A DNA stretch of 64,000 nucleotides from NCBI GenBank assembly GCA_002269645.1, contig NIVC01000748.1, positions 62,001 through 126,000 on the forward strand, written 5' to 3'. Both the position numbers and the translations under genes were made by a program. Shown here piece after piece: positions 37,602 through 49,438 of the stretch. Each line of letters opens with the position of its first letter. Position 1 is the first letter of the stretch. The stretch is from Macrostomum lignano (Eukaryota). Below the pieces are notes generated by a model, which ran no database searches, had not been told where the DNA came from, and was given only the letters and a program-made list of their open reading frames with translations.

Positions 37602-38850
37602 CATTGTCGATGGCCCAAAAGAGGGGTCTATGGAGCAACAAATTTGAGAATCAATTAATCTCTATCACAATGCTCGTATACCCTTCACAAATAAAATTCA
37701 CTGATATAAAGTCTGCAACTAGATGGCATATAAAAAAACGATTGACATTAACACTTTGATTTCGGAGAAACCAATCAAAACAGGCAAAGGCAAAACCATG
37801 GCATACAGTATAAGCCGAGAACAATCGTGTCTCTCACAATGCTCATCCACTGCATCTTGGGCTGCAGCAGAACTTTTGTCACTGCTCTGCTCGCTAAATT
37901 CTTCGTCTGCCATATCTATATTTGTCTAATGAAATCTGTTACAAGGGGTGTCCCAAAAGCCCGTGCAATTTCTTCATTCCAGCCGTTTTCAAGCAATCTG
38001 AAATATTCTGACTATAACAATTAAAAAGATAATTATCTGCCCGTGAAAATGACTTAATTTATTTGTTTATCTGTAGGCATTCTCAAGTTATTCAAACTTT
38101 TCTGCCCCACTCCATGTGCTACTTCTACAAACTGGCACCTACAGCTGTACACATGATGCACTACAACGAAACGTCCATAACAGAAACAGAAGAACAATCA
38201 AAAGTTAGTCGTCAACATTGTCTTGAGGCTTCTCTACGTAGTCGCCACCACGCTGCGCACACTTACGCCATCGGGTGTGCATGTTGTCAATGGCATCAGC
38301 AAAGACTGAGCGGGGCATCTCATGAAAGAGAACTTGGCGAGTCAGAGCCTCGAGATCCCCACGAAAAGCAAAAATTCGTCCTCGCAGCAGCTTCTTCATC
38401 TTTGGAAAGATGGCGAAGTCCGCTGGTGATAAATCCGGAGAGTAGAGTGGGTGTGGGAGAAGCTCGAAGTTGGCCCGCTCAATCATCTCCACTGTCTTCC
38501 TGGACATCTTTCGACAGATCGATAAAACAGGGAAATTTGTCTATGTCATTTTGTAGAAGTAGCATATGGAGTGGGGCAGAAAAGTTTGAATAACTTGAGA
38601 ATGCCTACAGATAAACAAATAAATTAAAAGTCATTTTCACGGGCAGATAGTTATCTTTTTAATTGCCATAGTCAGAATATTTCAGATTGCTTGAAAACGG
38701 CTGGAATGAAGAAAGTGCACGGGCTTTTGGGACACCCCTCGTATTTTCTATGGTCTAAGGCTTGCACAACTGTGAAAAGGATTAATAGCGCGCCCAGATT
38801 CTCAAATTTGTTGTCCCATAGACCCCCCCCCTTTCGGGCGATAGACAGTG
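37602..38850. mobile_element. CACTG-terminal inverted-repeat element hosting the mariner insertion
   Basis: About 50-bp imperfect inverted repeats at 37602-37652 and 38797-38850 (CAYTGTC..GGGGTCTATGG..CAACAAATTTGAGAATC). No TSD recovered. Confidence 0.5.
37942..38741 (-). mobile_element. Internally deleted mariner with ~190-bp TIRs
   Basis: TA TSD on both sides; TIRs 37942-38131 and 38550-38741. The interior keeps the transposase C-terminus HPLYSPDLSPADFAIFPKMKKLLRGRIF..RWRKCAQRGGDYVEK (38205-38507). Confidence 0.92.
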
Positions 38851-39530
38851 GGCGGTATGCATAAAGCACTGTCTATGGTAGTCCGGACTTAAAAAGCTAG
38901 TCTAGACTTGGATTTGGTATGCAGAAACACGAAGTTAGACCGGTCTAGTCTACTATAAGACAGAACTAGGGTAGTTTTTTCTATGGTATTTTAGTCTTAC
39001 TTTGGTATGCATAAAAGTTTTGACTAGTTAGTCCGGACTAGACAAAACCTAGCCTGCTCTAGAGCTGTCTTGATAGCTAATTTTGCATTGCCTTCGCCCT
39101 TAGACGATTGAAAGAAATGAATTTTTGGTTGCGATAGATTTAGTTCAGCAAGACCTCCGTCGACAACGCATATTTCGTGATCGGTTGGAGCCACTTCAAC
39201 AATTCTCGGAGGTTGAAATTAAAAGACTATTTCGGTTTGAACCTAGATCACTTCTATCACTTGTGGAGCTTGTCGAGCCGAATGTCCCTGTAGAACGTCA
39301 AGAAGAACTGTTTCGTAGTCTGTTGTCGCTGATATTTCACAAGTATACACAGATGCTCAGAGAATCAGTATAGGAACGGTTAAGTTAGCGACCCAGTATA
39401 TAAACAGAAAGCATTTACAGGAGTTTGGGCCATAGAACTAAAAAAATCATTAAAACTAGGCGCTAAAGTTGGGCGCTCTGTCTAGCTTGGACTAGTATAG
39501 CCTAGACTAGTCTTCAATAGCTTGATTCTC
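38851..39530 (+). mobile_element. PIF/Harbinger remnant with N-terminal transposase fragment
   Basis: 39125-39290 encodes RRQRIFRDRLEPLQQFSEVEIKRLFRFEPRSLLSLVELVEP, resembling Harbinger/HARBI1 N-termini. Flanked by CTAGACTAG-type subterminal repeats; ends approximate. Confidence 0.55.
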
Positions 39531-39701
39531 CCACTAAGGATTAAATTGCTGGCTCCTAGGCTCAATTGGCTTGAAAAATGCTATATTAAAGTTCCTCTGT
39601 AGTCAGGACAGTACACAGGTCAATTAGCAAATTAAACTTCTTTATCTATCAGGTGGTCGGGATGACTGGAGTATTCAATTTAAACAAATCAAAACTTGCA
39701 G

Positions 39702-41604
39702 GAATCCCTAGTGCTAGTATCCGGTTTACCAGCTGGTGCCGAACTGGGCATCGATTGGTACACCTGGACTTGCGGGCCGGCTTTTTCCGGTGTACGAGCC
39801 GTGCCGTCCGGTGTGCACCTGCTGCACGCCTCGGCTGGGCCGGCCGGTCTGCGCTGCGGTCGGCTGTTTTGGCTTGACGACCAGCCATCGGAGCGTGCTG
39901 TGCTGCGCTACAAGTGGTGCCCGGCGGAAGAGTGCCTGCTGCCGTATGATGATGCGGATGGCGGGTCGGGCGATCCGGCACCCGCAGCTGCTGCTCTGGA
40001 GGCTTTGTGTGCTCCGTATCCGGAGAAAACGCTGAAAAGGTGGAGAAGCGGCTCGTTATCGTCTTTAGGCTCACTAAATCATTAACCTAGCTCTTGCAGA
40101 TTGAGTCAGTTCTATTCTACTTCGTAGATGCTCTAGATTGAGTCAGCTCCATTCTAGATGCTCTAGATTGAGTCAGCTCCATTCTAGATGCTCTAGATTA
40201 AGTCAGCTCCATTCTAGATGCTCTAGATTAAGTCAGCTCCATTCTAGATGCTCTAGATTGAGTCAGCTCCATTCTAGATGCTCTAGATTGAGTCAGCTCC
40301 ATTCTAGATGCTCTAGATTGAGTCAGCTCCATTCTAGATGCTCTAGATTAAGTCAGCTCCATTCTAGATGCTCTAGATTAAGTCAGCTCCATTCTAGATG
40401 CTCTAGATTGAGTCAGCTCCATTCTAGATGCTCTAGATTGAGTCAGCTCCATTCTAGATGCTCTAGATTGAGTCAGCTCCATTCTAGATGCTCTAGATTG
40501 AGTCAGCTCCATTCTAGGATACTCTAGATTACGTCAGCTCCATTCTAGATGCTCTAGATTGAGTCAGCTCCATTCTAGATGTCCTCCTAGATTGCGTCAG
40601 CTCCATTCTAGATGTCCTCCTAGATTGCGTCAGCTCCATTCTAGGATACTCTAGATTACGTCAGCTCCATTCTAGATGCTCTAGATTGAGTCAGCTCCAT
40701 TCTAGATGTCCTCCTAGATTGCGTCAGCTCCATTCTAGATGTCCTCCTAGATTGCGTCAGCTCCATTCTAGGATGCTCTAGATTAAGTCAGATTCATTAC
40801 AGCTATCCTAGATTGAGCCTTATATTTCATTCGTCTAGATGCTAGACGAATTAGCACCTGCACGAAGCTGACACTGTTTACTACATGCACTTTTGCTCAT
40901 CCAGATGGCGCGATCTGACCAGTTTCGCTTGGAGCCAGCGCAGTCGTCTTATCTGGCTGACAGACCGCGCACTGGACAGCCTCAGCGACTGTCCGTTCGC
41001 GGCTCCGCTGCCGCCCGGACATCCAGCTGGCTGTCCGACCAGTGAGATCACGCGGCATCGTTTAGACCGCAGCTGGGCTCTAGCAGAACTGCTTCGCCAC
41101 TCTGGTAGGCAGTTTACTGCCGAGGACAAAACTTTTGATAACATTGGAGCAGCAGCCATTGCTGATAATGATGATGATGAAGATTCCGAAGCCTTGCTTC
41201 TAGCTGAACTGCAGCTATCATTTGTCCTGGCCGTTACTCTGCACAACTCCGCTTGCTTAGACCGTTGGCTGGGACTTTTGAACCATCTGTGCCGGGTGCG
41301 CGAGGCTCTGCTCAGTAAAAGGAGACTCTTTGTCAACCTGCTGCGCTGCCTCCTGCCTCAGCTCATCGCCCTGTCGTCATCTGGCGCCGAGTCTTCCGAG
41401 CCGGCGCCTGTTGGACTGCGCGCTCTGCTCATCGACCTGTGGCAGAACTGCAGCATTGCAGCGAAAGAGGACAGCGGCGGAGCGTTCAGCTCGGGGATTG
41501 CTGGACCGCTGGATGCGATTCAAGCATTAGCTGGTAGATTGTGGGGCTGGCGACTGGACTGCGAGGAAGATGAAGATGCTGCTGATGTCGACGCTGACGC
41601 GTGA
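39702..41604 (+). CDS. AAR2: AAR2 splicing factor (U5 snRNP assembly), two coding exons; start codon unresolved
   Basis: Exons 39702-40039 and 40905-41604. LPAGAELGIDWYTWTCGPAFSGVRAVPSGVHLLH, YPEKTLK|RWRDLTSF and LLAELQLSFV are colinear with AAR2 family motifs. Confidence 0.88.
40100..40790. repeat. 30-bp minisatellite (ATTCTAGATGCTCTAGATTGAGTCAGCTCC)n in the AAR2 intron
   Basis: About 23 units. Confidence 0.95.
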
Positions 41605-41729
41605 TTTGTTTAAATTGATGATTTCCGGTTATGAGTGCATTTTCTCTACGAGTGTCTACGTGTTCTTTACTGTATGCTTCTGTGAGTGCATCGCCTGCAG
41701 TAAATGGGATTGTCAACTCGAGTGTCAGA

Positions 41730-42290
41730 AAAACAGCAACAACAAAAACAGCAACAACAACAGCAACCACAACAATAACAGCAACAACAACAGCAACAAG
41801 TACAATTACAACAATAGCAGCAACAACAACAACAACAACAACCACAACAATAACAGCAACAACAACAGCAACAATTACAATAACAACGATAGCAGCAACA
41901 ACAATTACAACAACAACAATAACAACAACAACAATAACAGCAACAACAACAGCACCAATTACAATAACAGCAACAACAACAGCAACACTTACAATAACAA
42001 CAACAACAACAACAACAAAAGCAGTAATAACAACAACAATAACAGCAATAACAACAACAACAACAGAAACAACAACAATTACAATATCAACAGCAACGAC
42101 AACAACAACATCAACAGCAACAACAACAACAAGAGCAACAACAACAACTACAACAAAAATAACAACAACGGGAACAACAGCAGCAACAACAACAGCAACA
42201 GCAACAATAACAACAACAGCAACCACAACAACAACAATAACATTAACAATAACAACAGCAACAACAGCAGCAAAAATAACAACAACAAAA
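41730..42290. repeat. Imperfect (AAC/AGC/AAT)n trinucleotide microsatellite
   Basis: About 560 bp of AAC-rich triplets downstream of the AAR2 stop. Confidence 0.95.
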
Positions 42291-43124
42291 GACTTAACCT
42301 AGAAAAGTAAGGTCATGCGGTCAGGGCGTGTCAGATGCCGCATCGCTGCGGTGTCGCGCATCCTGGCGTCGGAATGGAGTCTATAATGTAAAGCTCCGAG
42401 CTGCTAAGCTTGTGGCACAAGGACTACTAAAGTAGGAGGTATGGGAGACTACGTTTCTAGGAAAATGTAGGGAAGCGGGTTTTATCGAAAAAAATTCTAT
42501 AAAAAATGGCACGGCTACCTATTGGTTTTATATATCTATTTTATTCTTATATCTGCATGACTGTATCAATATGTATAGCAGAATGATAAACAAGTAGACA
42601 TCCCAATCCTACCCAGACCCCCTCCTGACTCCTTTCTAACGCTTAAGCTGGTGTTGAATTTCAGCCAGTCGACTGCCAAACTGAATGTACAGTGTCGTCT
42701 TTTGTAAATTAATCCACAAATTAAATAAAACTTCACATATCGCGTGGCTATCCGTAAGCGGATGCTTTTATGATAAATATTGAAGACTACTACGAGTAAA
42801 GCTTAAAGACTTTGACGAGTATTTTAAAATTCAGTTTCAAAAACAACAAAAGACAAGAGACTATTACATGTTTCCGAGAATGATTTAGGATTAGCTAATT
42901 CACTGTTGACAAAAAAAGAGGTCGCTGAGTAACAGGTTCGTCAAGCGGTTTCTCTAGCGTTATTATAGAGCTGTTTTTTGCTACTGGTAAGAATAAATGT
43001 CAGCTTAAACTACGATAGCATTAAATAAGTGTTTTCTCTTTAAAAAAGGGTTTTTAATTTGTTTGATTAATAAACTAATTTTTCTTCAACTTCGCGTCAT
43101 TGAATTCACTGGCTCCTCGGCAGC

Positions 43125-43871
43125 TCAAACAAACGGCGACACGCACTCGCACAGGACTCGAAATCTGTCCACCGATTCCCAGAAGTCAGCCAGGTTGTCC
43201 CGACGGTAATATCGGCCGATCACATTTTCTACGTGTGGCCCGTAGTTGTCCGGCTCCCTCGCGTTCCACAGGCTGTCGTCAACGGTGATGTTGCAGCCGA
43301 CCCAGTACCAGCCGCCTCGCTTCTCGGTGCTGCCAGCCGCCTGGTGGCCACCGAGCCACATCGAAAATCCGGTGCTGTACTTGCTGTAGATCGTCTCCAC
43401 GTGGCTCATCTCGGTGGCGTCCATCACGTCGGCCATTATCACGAGACCGCTCTCCGACTCGCACTTCTGTCTGCTCGGCCACCAGAAGTCCGCTCCATTG
43501 AGCAGCTTGTACTTCACTCCGCACAGGTCGTCTCCGTAGCCAGACGGACACAGCGCGCCCGCCTCGAGTCCCGGCTGCTGCTTCACAAACACCCGGCCTC
43601 TCCTGGAGCAGCCGCAGTCCCTCACCGACTTGCTGCACTTGTCGAACACGAACAGCTGGCACGGACCGTCAGCCAGGCTGAACGCCTGACAGCGCCAGTT
43701 GCGGCTGCACAGAGCGGCACAGTATATTTCTGACTTTACATCATTCATAGTTTTTGCGAAGGCCTCCTTGAAGCAAAGATATCCGTCGATCGATCTGTAC
43801 GCAGATTGCTTTGACGTCAGCATTGTTGGCGACAAAACTAGCAGCAGACACAACTTTGCAATCGCTTTCAT
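43125..43871 (-). CDS. Intronless secreted PAN/apple + C-type lectin domain protein (248 aa)
   Basis: Hydrophobic N-terminus; PAN-like CAALCSRNWRCQAFSL..CQL; CTLD features SRQKC, MWLGG, WYW, WNAREPDN, VLCE. GC-rich codon usage. Confidence 0.8.
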   Translation of the reverse strand: MKAIAKLCLLLVLSPTMLTSKQSAYRSIDGYLCFKEAFAKTMNDVKSEIYCAALCSRNWRCQAFSLADGPCQLFVFDKCSKSVRDCGCSRRGRVFVKQQPGLEAGALCPSGYGDDLCGVKYKLLNGADFWWPSRQKCESESGLVIMADVMDATEMSHVETIYSKYSTGFSMWLGGHQAAGSTEKRGGWYWVGCNITVDDSLWNAREPDNYGPHVENVIGRYYRRDNLADFWESVDRFRVLCECVSPFV

Positions 43872-44486
43872 CTCTCGTGCATCGTTGGAATCCGTGCAGT
43901 GCTCAATGCATACTGGCTCAGCTTTATTCTTGAATAGATATTATTGGTACGGTCGCTGTGCCTTGTTTTATAGCGAGGCTCCATGGTAACGTACTGCTTG
44001 GGAGTTTCTATTATCCGCCATGCATCTGCAGTCGTCAATCCGTCGTGGACAAAAATGCTGAGATGCTTTGTATTCAATTTCAATTGAGTAGCTATCCTTC
44101 CGTAAATGCAGACAGGCTTCCATGCACTTGAATAAACTTGATTGACATGCAGCAGTCTAGATGGAGGCCAGCAGACTTTAGGCCGTCAGTTAATCGCTTT
44201 AAACTACTCGTACCTTCCCTTCATAGCTAAAAGCAGAAGGACGCGACACTGACAAATCGAGCTTCTGAAGTATCTGAATCGCAGATGAAGCAATTGTGTG
44301 TTCTGCCTGAGGCGCACCCGCAAGGTTGTGTAGCCATTTATTTCATGAAATGCCACCGGTTACAAGCAAGCAAAGGTCCTGCCTCAGAATCTCAGAATCG
44401 TTCCTCTCTGTTCAATGTCTTTTTTGAGTGTTGCCCATTTTTCTAAATTTTGATTTTGCATACGCTCTTGGGAGTATGCACCAACA

Positions 44487-44705
44487 ATTTTGTCCTTTTG
44501 AGCAAGACACTTTACTCGATCTGTGTTGCTTCAGTTCACCCAGCTGTAAAATGGGTGCCAGCATCAGCTGGGGTAATTGAGGGTGTGTGTATGTGGCGAA
44601 CCCCAAGTCCTTGGACTGAACAGTCGTACGCAGCCTTCAGATGCGCCGCGCAGTAGCTGCGGCTGAGCTGTCGGTGTCACATCTGCCCATTAGGGCAGGT
44701 GTATA
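44487..44705 (+). mobile_element. SINE family 1, 5'-truncated, long 3' tail
   Basis: CORE-like block and CCAAGTCCTTGGACTGAACAG..CCTTCAGATGC shared with the other copies. Confidence 0.85.
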
Positions 44706-44899
44706 AATCAATAAGTCGATTTCTAGACAAACTTGTGAGTTCATCTTGAACCAGAAACGTGGTTATTTGTTTAATTCAATTTTGATTCCGAAGTCCAGAA
44801 GCGAAGATATTCGTAATTCCGTGCTAACAAAACTGAAAAAAAATCTGTCTCGCTGATGCATTTCGCAGCGAAAGCAGCCCCCTCTAAAATGAAGGTTAT

Positions 44900-45322
44900 T
44901 ATAGTATTTGTCATGCTATCTCAGCCTAGAGACATCCAAACTCAGCCAGCCCATCTCGACAGTGCGATTTTTTACGTAAGCCAGTCAAGTTTTACCATAG
45001 ACATGCTTCTTAAGGCCATGCTATCTCAGCCTGGGACATGCAATCTCAGCGTTGTTGCGTACCCTTACTGACTTTTCTTGCTGCGTTCATTCATTGCTGT
45101 TTGTTGCCATTTCATGTCACGTTATAGAAATGATAGCATTGAGATCTGTTTGCAATTGAAATCTATATTGGCTGAGATTGCATGTCCCAGGCCGAGTTAG
45201 CATGGCCTTAAGAAGCATGTCTATGGTAAAAGTCGACTAGCTCGAGCCAAAAAAACGCATTGCGGAATGGGACTGGCTGAGTTTGGATGTCTCTAGGCTG
45301 AGATAGCATGACAAATACTATA
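44900..45322. mobile_element. 423-bp MITE with ~150-bp TIRs (TATAGTATTTGTCATGCTATCTCAGCC..)
   Basis: 44900-45050 is the imperfect reverse complement of 45171-45322; termini are TA-flanked. Confidence 0.85.
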
Positions 45323-47095
45323 TTTTGTCTTAAACAGCAGATTTAAATCATATTGCACGTACGCACTGTACGATTGGTAGACCAAATTGAACGCAGCTAT
45401 TTCCAAATTTCTTTCTAATTTCTACGCTCGTAAGTCTATGGTCAAACCCTAAGTGCAGCTGACACGTCAGCCTGCTGGCTAGTTCGCACCAATTTGAACG
45501 CAGATTTCACCAAATAGAGCGCAAAAAGGTATATCAACAGAGCTATGAAAGACACGCAGGTAGCTATATCAAAAGATAATCATTGGGTCTGCCGCCTGCC
45601 TTATCAAAAGCAAAAACAATTTTTGTACTGAAAAAAATGAGAACAACCTAGCTATCCCTGTAATGTATTTTTTCGGTAAAACTGCAGATCTGCGTAGTAA
45701 AATTTTTCAAGAAACATGTTTCTCGTCTTTCTACTTGAGTAGTCATTGGTACAACTTAGGTTAAGATATGATTGAACTTGTGGTCGAGGTGTTTTAAATT
45801 AAAGAAAGCAATCTATATTGGCTAAAACCGCCGAATTCAATCCTAACTTTACATGACAACACATATTGAGAGCTGTTTTAAGTCGCAATTTGAATGAAAA
45901 TAATCTGCTATATACTTTTTAGGCCTCTGGAGTGTAGGATAAAAATAAAGCTACTCAAATCCAGGGTACCATGCGACAGCTGCAGTTCTATTCAGCATTT
46001 TGTGAACTGGCTGCACTATGGTATGGACGTATGGTGTAGACCCACACATGCCATGGCAGTTTAAAATCAAGTTTATTTGCCTTACCCTAGCCCATGGGAA
46101 GGTAGGGGAATTAATTTAATGCATTTGCTGCTCAAGTTGCTCTACGGAAGCCAACTGATTTGACAACAATAGGGCTAAATCGCGGGTTTTAGCTTGAGTA
46201 GGAGATTGGAGTCTCAGGGATTTAAGGGTAAACGCGTTTAGACCAGTGCATAGGCTCGTGAATAACAGCTTTACCTTCCTGTCTTCGGCCATTTTACGTC
46301 ATTAAAAGAGGACCTCATTGAAAAACAACCAGCTATAAACGAAACAAACAAACCAATTTACCAATGGAAATTCTTCACTGATACTTTTCTATTCAAGACG
46401 GAATCGTGCGGTATTTAGGTGAGAAATTTCCTGAATTTGATTAGCTAATAGTGTCAATGACAGCACTAATCATGCAGGGACAACTCCTGTTGGCTGGGGG
46501 CACACTTATACACACGCTCACGCAGGGTGTACAGCGGGCCCTTTGACTTTCTGATCATGTACACGACATGTACACGACATGGGGCGTCACGTTTAAACCA
46601 TAGACAATATAGTTTTGCAAATTTCTGTGCCTTTTCTGTTGTGAAAACATTTTAAAGGGTTTATTTGCAATTAATACCGATTAATAGAAAGGCGTTTTCG
46701 AGAATGAAATTTTTGGCCTCTAAACTGACTAAATTAAATTAAATAAGCTGCAAGTTCACAGGATTAGCCATGCAGAACTGGCGGGAATGTGATTGACAGT
46801 TTTTCTGGCTGGAGTGTCCGCCAGTACGGCCCTGACTAACCAAGAACTAAAAGAGTGAAGCTATACCAAAGCTGAAGGTAAGTTGTTGGATATGAGACAC
46901 ACAAAAATATGCATTACCGGAAAGTCCATCGGGTAAAAATGGAACTGTCTATGGCAATACTGGGGTTTCAGTCAGCCCGATATGGCCACACAGTCAGTCA
47001 GTCATGGTAAAACCAGAACTTAACTTTAAGCAGCACAGATAATGTACAAGCAGTACTTAGACTAGCCAACCAACAACAGCAATAATTTCACGATT

Positions 47096-47464
47096 ATGGG
47101 CAAGATTCACAAGATCCACCTTGTGCAGCCAATACACGACCAGTTGGATATCGTTGCTTTTCTATCCTATTCCTGCGGCATCGCGCTATTCTTCGTTCAC
47201 GACTACAAAGTTCAGATTGGCGGCTTGGTTTTGCTAGCGGTGGCCCTGCTGATCCTGCCCACCTTTGCGCTTATCACCTTCCATTTGGAATATTTTCTGT
47301 CTGTTCGAGAGCAGCGCAAGAGGCTGCATTCGGAGGCGCAGCTGCTGGCACTGAGGCTGATGCAGCTGAACACCTGTCCGCCTGTGCAGGATTCTGCATT
47401 CCAGAACGCTCTGACCAGACTGCAGACAGCTTCCACTGATGCCAACTTCGGTTTGGAGTTTTGA
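47096..47464 (+). CDS. Orphan 122-aa putative membrane protein, intronless
   Basis: ATG to TGA ORF with GC-rich codon usage in AT-rich flanks; two hydrophobic segments followed by a basic, helical tail. No family recognised. Confidence 0.55.
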   Translation: MGKIHKIHLVQPIHDQLDIVAFLSYSCGIALFFVHDYKVQIGGLVLLAVALLILPTFALITFHLEYFLSVREQRKRLHSEAQLLALRLMQLNTCPPVQDSAFQNALTRLQTASTDANFGLEF

Positions 47465-48454
47465 GTTTAATCCTGTGTTAATCTGTTCAATGCTTAAACT
47501 CAAACTATACATCTATCTAGCTTAATAGTAACGATAGAACAAGACACAAGGACTACTCAAGTAGAACGAGAAACTACGTTTCATGGAAAGTTTAAGGAGA
47601 CAGGCTTTACCGAATACTTACGAAGATCGGAGGTTTTCATTTTTTCAGCACAAAGACTGTTATTGCTGTTGATAGGAGGCAGACCCAAATGTTCATCTTT
47701 TGATATGTCTTAACTTTCTTATAGCTCTATTGATATATATTTATAAAGCTTTTAGTTTAGCACGTTTCTATTCAAAGTTAATTTTATATCCTTGGCTTTA
47801 CAAATAGCTATGCCAGCTGTGCCTAAAAATCATAAAAAATGACGCAGCTCGACTCGCTGGTTTTATAAATCTTATGTTTAGCTTATTGCTGGCAATGGAT
47901 TTTGCCATCAATGAGACAATAATATTGACTACGCTAGGCTTTTCTTAGAAATATGCCTTTTTTTTAACGAAAGCTCTACAAATAACAAACAATGGAGCTA
48001 TAAGAAAGTCTAGTCAATATAAAAAATTATCAACTTTCGATCGCCTTTTATCAAAAGCAATGAAAAAATGTGCTGAAAAACCCCATTTCAGTAAAACCTG
48101 CCTGATAAAAATATTCCAAGAAACCACAAAATCCCCACGATGCTGATAGTTTTTTTGTCAGTGGACACTATTTCAGAAAAGTTTCAATAAAAAGTTTTAT
48201 TCGTTAGTCAAAATCGTCATGCAAAAAAGCTTTACATTATTTTTATAATCGATGCTTGAATATTAAACAAATGGAGTTGCATTGGAAAGCGAACAGAGTG
48301 AATTTTATTTATGGCATGTCGCTGGCCTTCCTTAGAGTGCACAGTTAATGTACATCTATGGAGGGTTTGGCTGGCTCTTTAAAGAGCTTTTGTCGTGAAG
48401 TTTAACCATAGACAACAATAATTTTAATTGATTACGTGTACGCCTGCCCTAATT

Positions 48455-48755
48455 AGGCCAGATGCGCGACCGATAGCTCAGCCGCAGCTATTGAACGTTT
48501 TATTATAAAGTTGATTATTATAAAGCATCTGAAGGCTGCGTACGGCTGTTCAGTCCAAGGACTGGGGAGTCGCCACACGACCCCTCAGTTACCCCAGCTA
48601 ATGCTGGCACCCATTTTACAGCTGGGTGAACTGAAGCAATACACATCGAGTTAAGTGTCTAGCTCAAGGACACAAATTGTTCCAAATTGGGATCATCGGG
48701 AATCGAACCCCCGACCTTCAAGTCGTGAGTACGGAACTCTAACCACTACCCTCTC
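48455..48755 (-). mobile_element. SINE family 1 with tRNA head, composite tail
   Basis: Reverse complement of head (TGGTTAGAG..GGTTCGATTCC), CORE-like block and both tail types. Confidence 0.85.
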
Positions 48756-49438
48756 TGCGATAGACAACGTAAGACAACGAATATTTAAAGTGTATTAATT
48801 TTGTAGTTATTGCAACTTCATGCTTGGTTTCCTACTAAAAGTAGACTATCTAGCACGTCTCTATTTTCTTCAATTTTAAAAAGTTTTTTTCCTAACTTGG
48901 ATTTGTGTCTTTTCTTTGCTTTTCTATGAATTACCTCATCAATTATATATCCAATGCTATTTTTCAAGCATGATGCAGTTTCTGTTCCAAATAGCAGCCT
49001 CTTTTTTTCTTCCTTAATGAGGGAATGAATTTTGCTGTTAGCTGAACGACCTGCCTCTGAAGTGGAATAATAGATCCGGTATGTGAGCTTCTCGCGTAAT
49101 TTAAGAAGCCCATCTGCAGTCGAGTTGGGCCCTATTAAACCTTTGTTACCCGATAGTAGGTTGAGGATTTTGCTGGAAAGAAAATTCAAGCCGTGAATTG
49201 CAATTAAGATCGCTGTTTTGAGTAGCTGATGCAGCAGCAGCAGCTCATGTTCCCAGTTCCTGCTCTGCTTTCCTTCACAATGCAATTAATTTTATTCAAG
49301 GATAGAAGTTTCATTAACGGATTTTGCATGGATCGTTGAAAGTGCAAGCTGCGCGCGGTTGTTCCTCTCTGAGCTCTACACGCCAGGTCGATGGGGGCCC
49401 TGAAGTACCTGCTGCTTGAAATTAAAAAAATGGTATTA

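Noticed and set aside
40138-40527. (SQLHSRCSRL)n ORF
   Set aside because: 30-bp array within the AAR2 intron; flanking exons join in frame without it.
41486-42310. Poly-Asn, poly-Thr and poly-Val ORFs
   Set aside because: Translations of an (AAC)n microsatellite after the AAR2 stop.
48818-49285. 155-aa Lys-rich minus ORF, perhaps a Penelope-like fragment
   Set aside because: No ATG start and no RT or GIY-YIG motif visible; similarity too weak to call.
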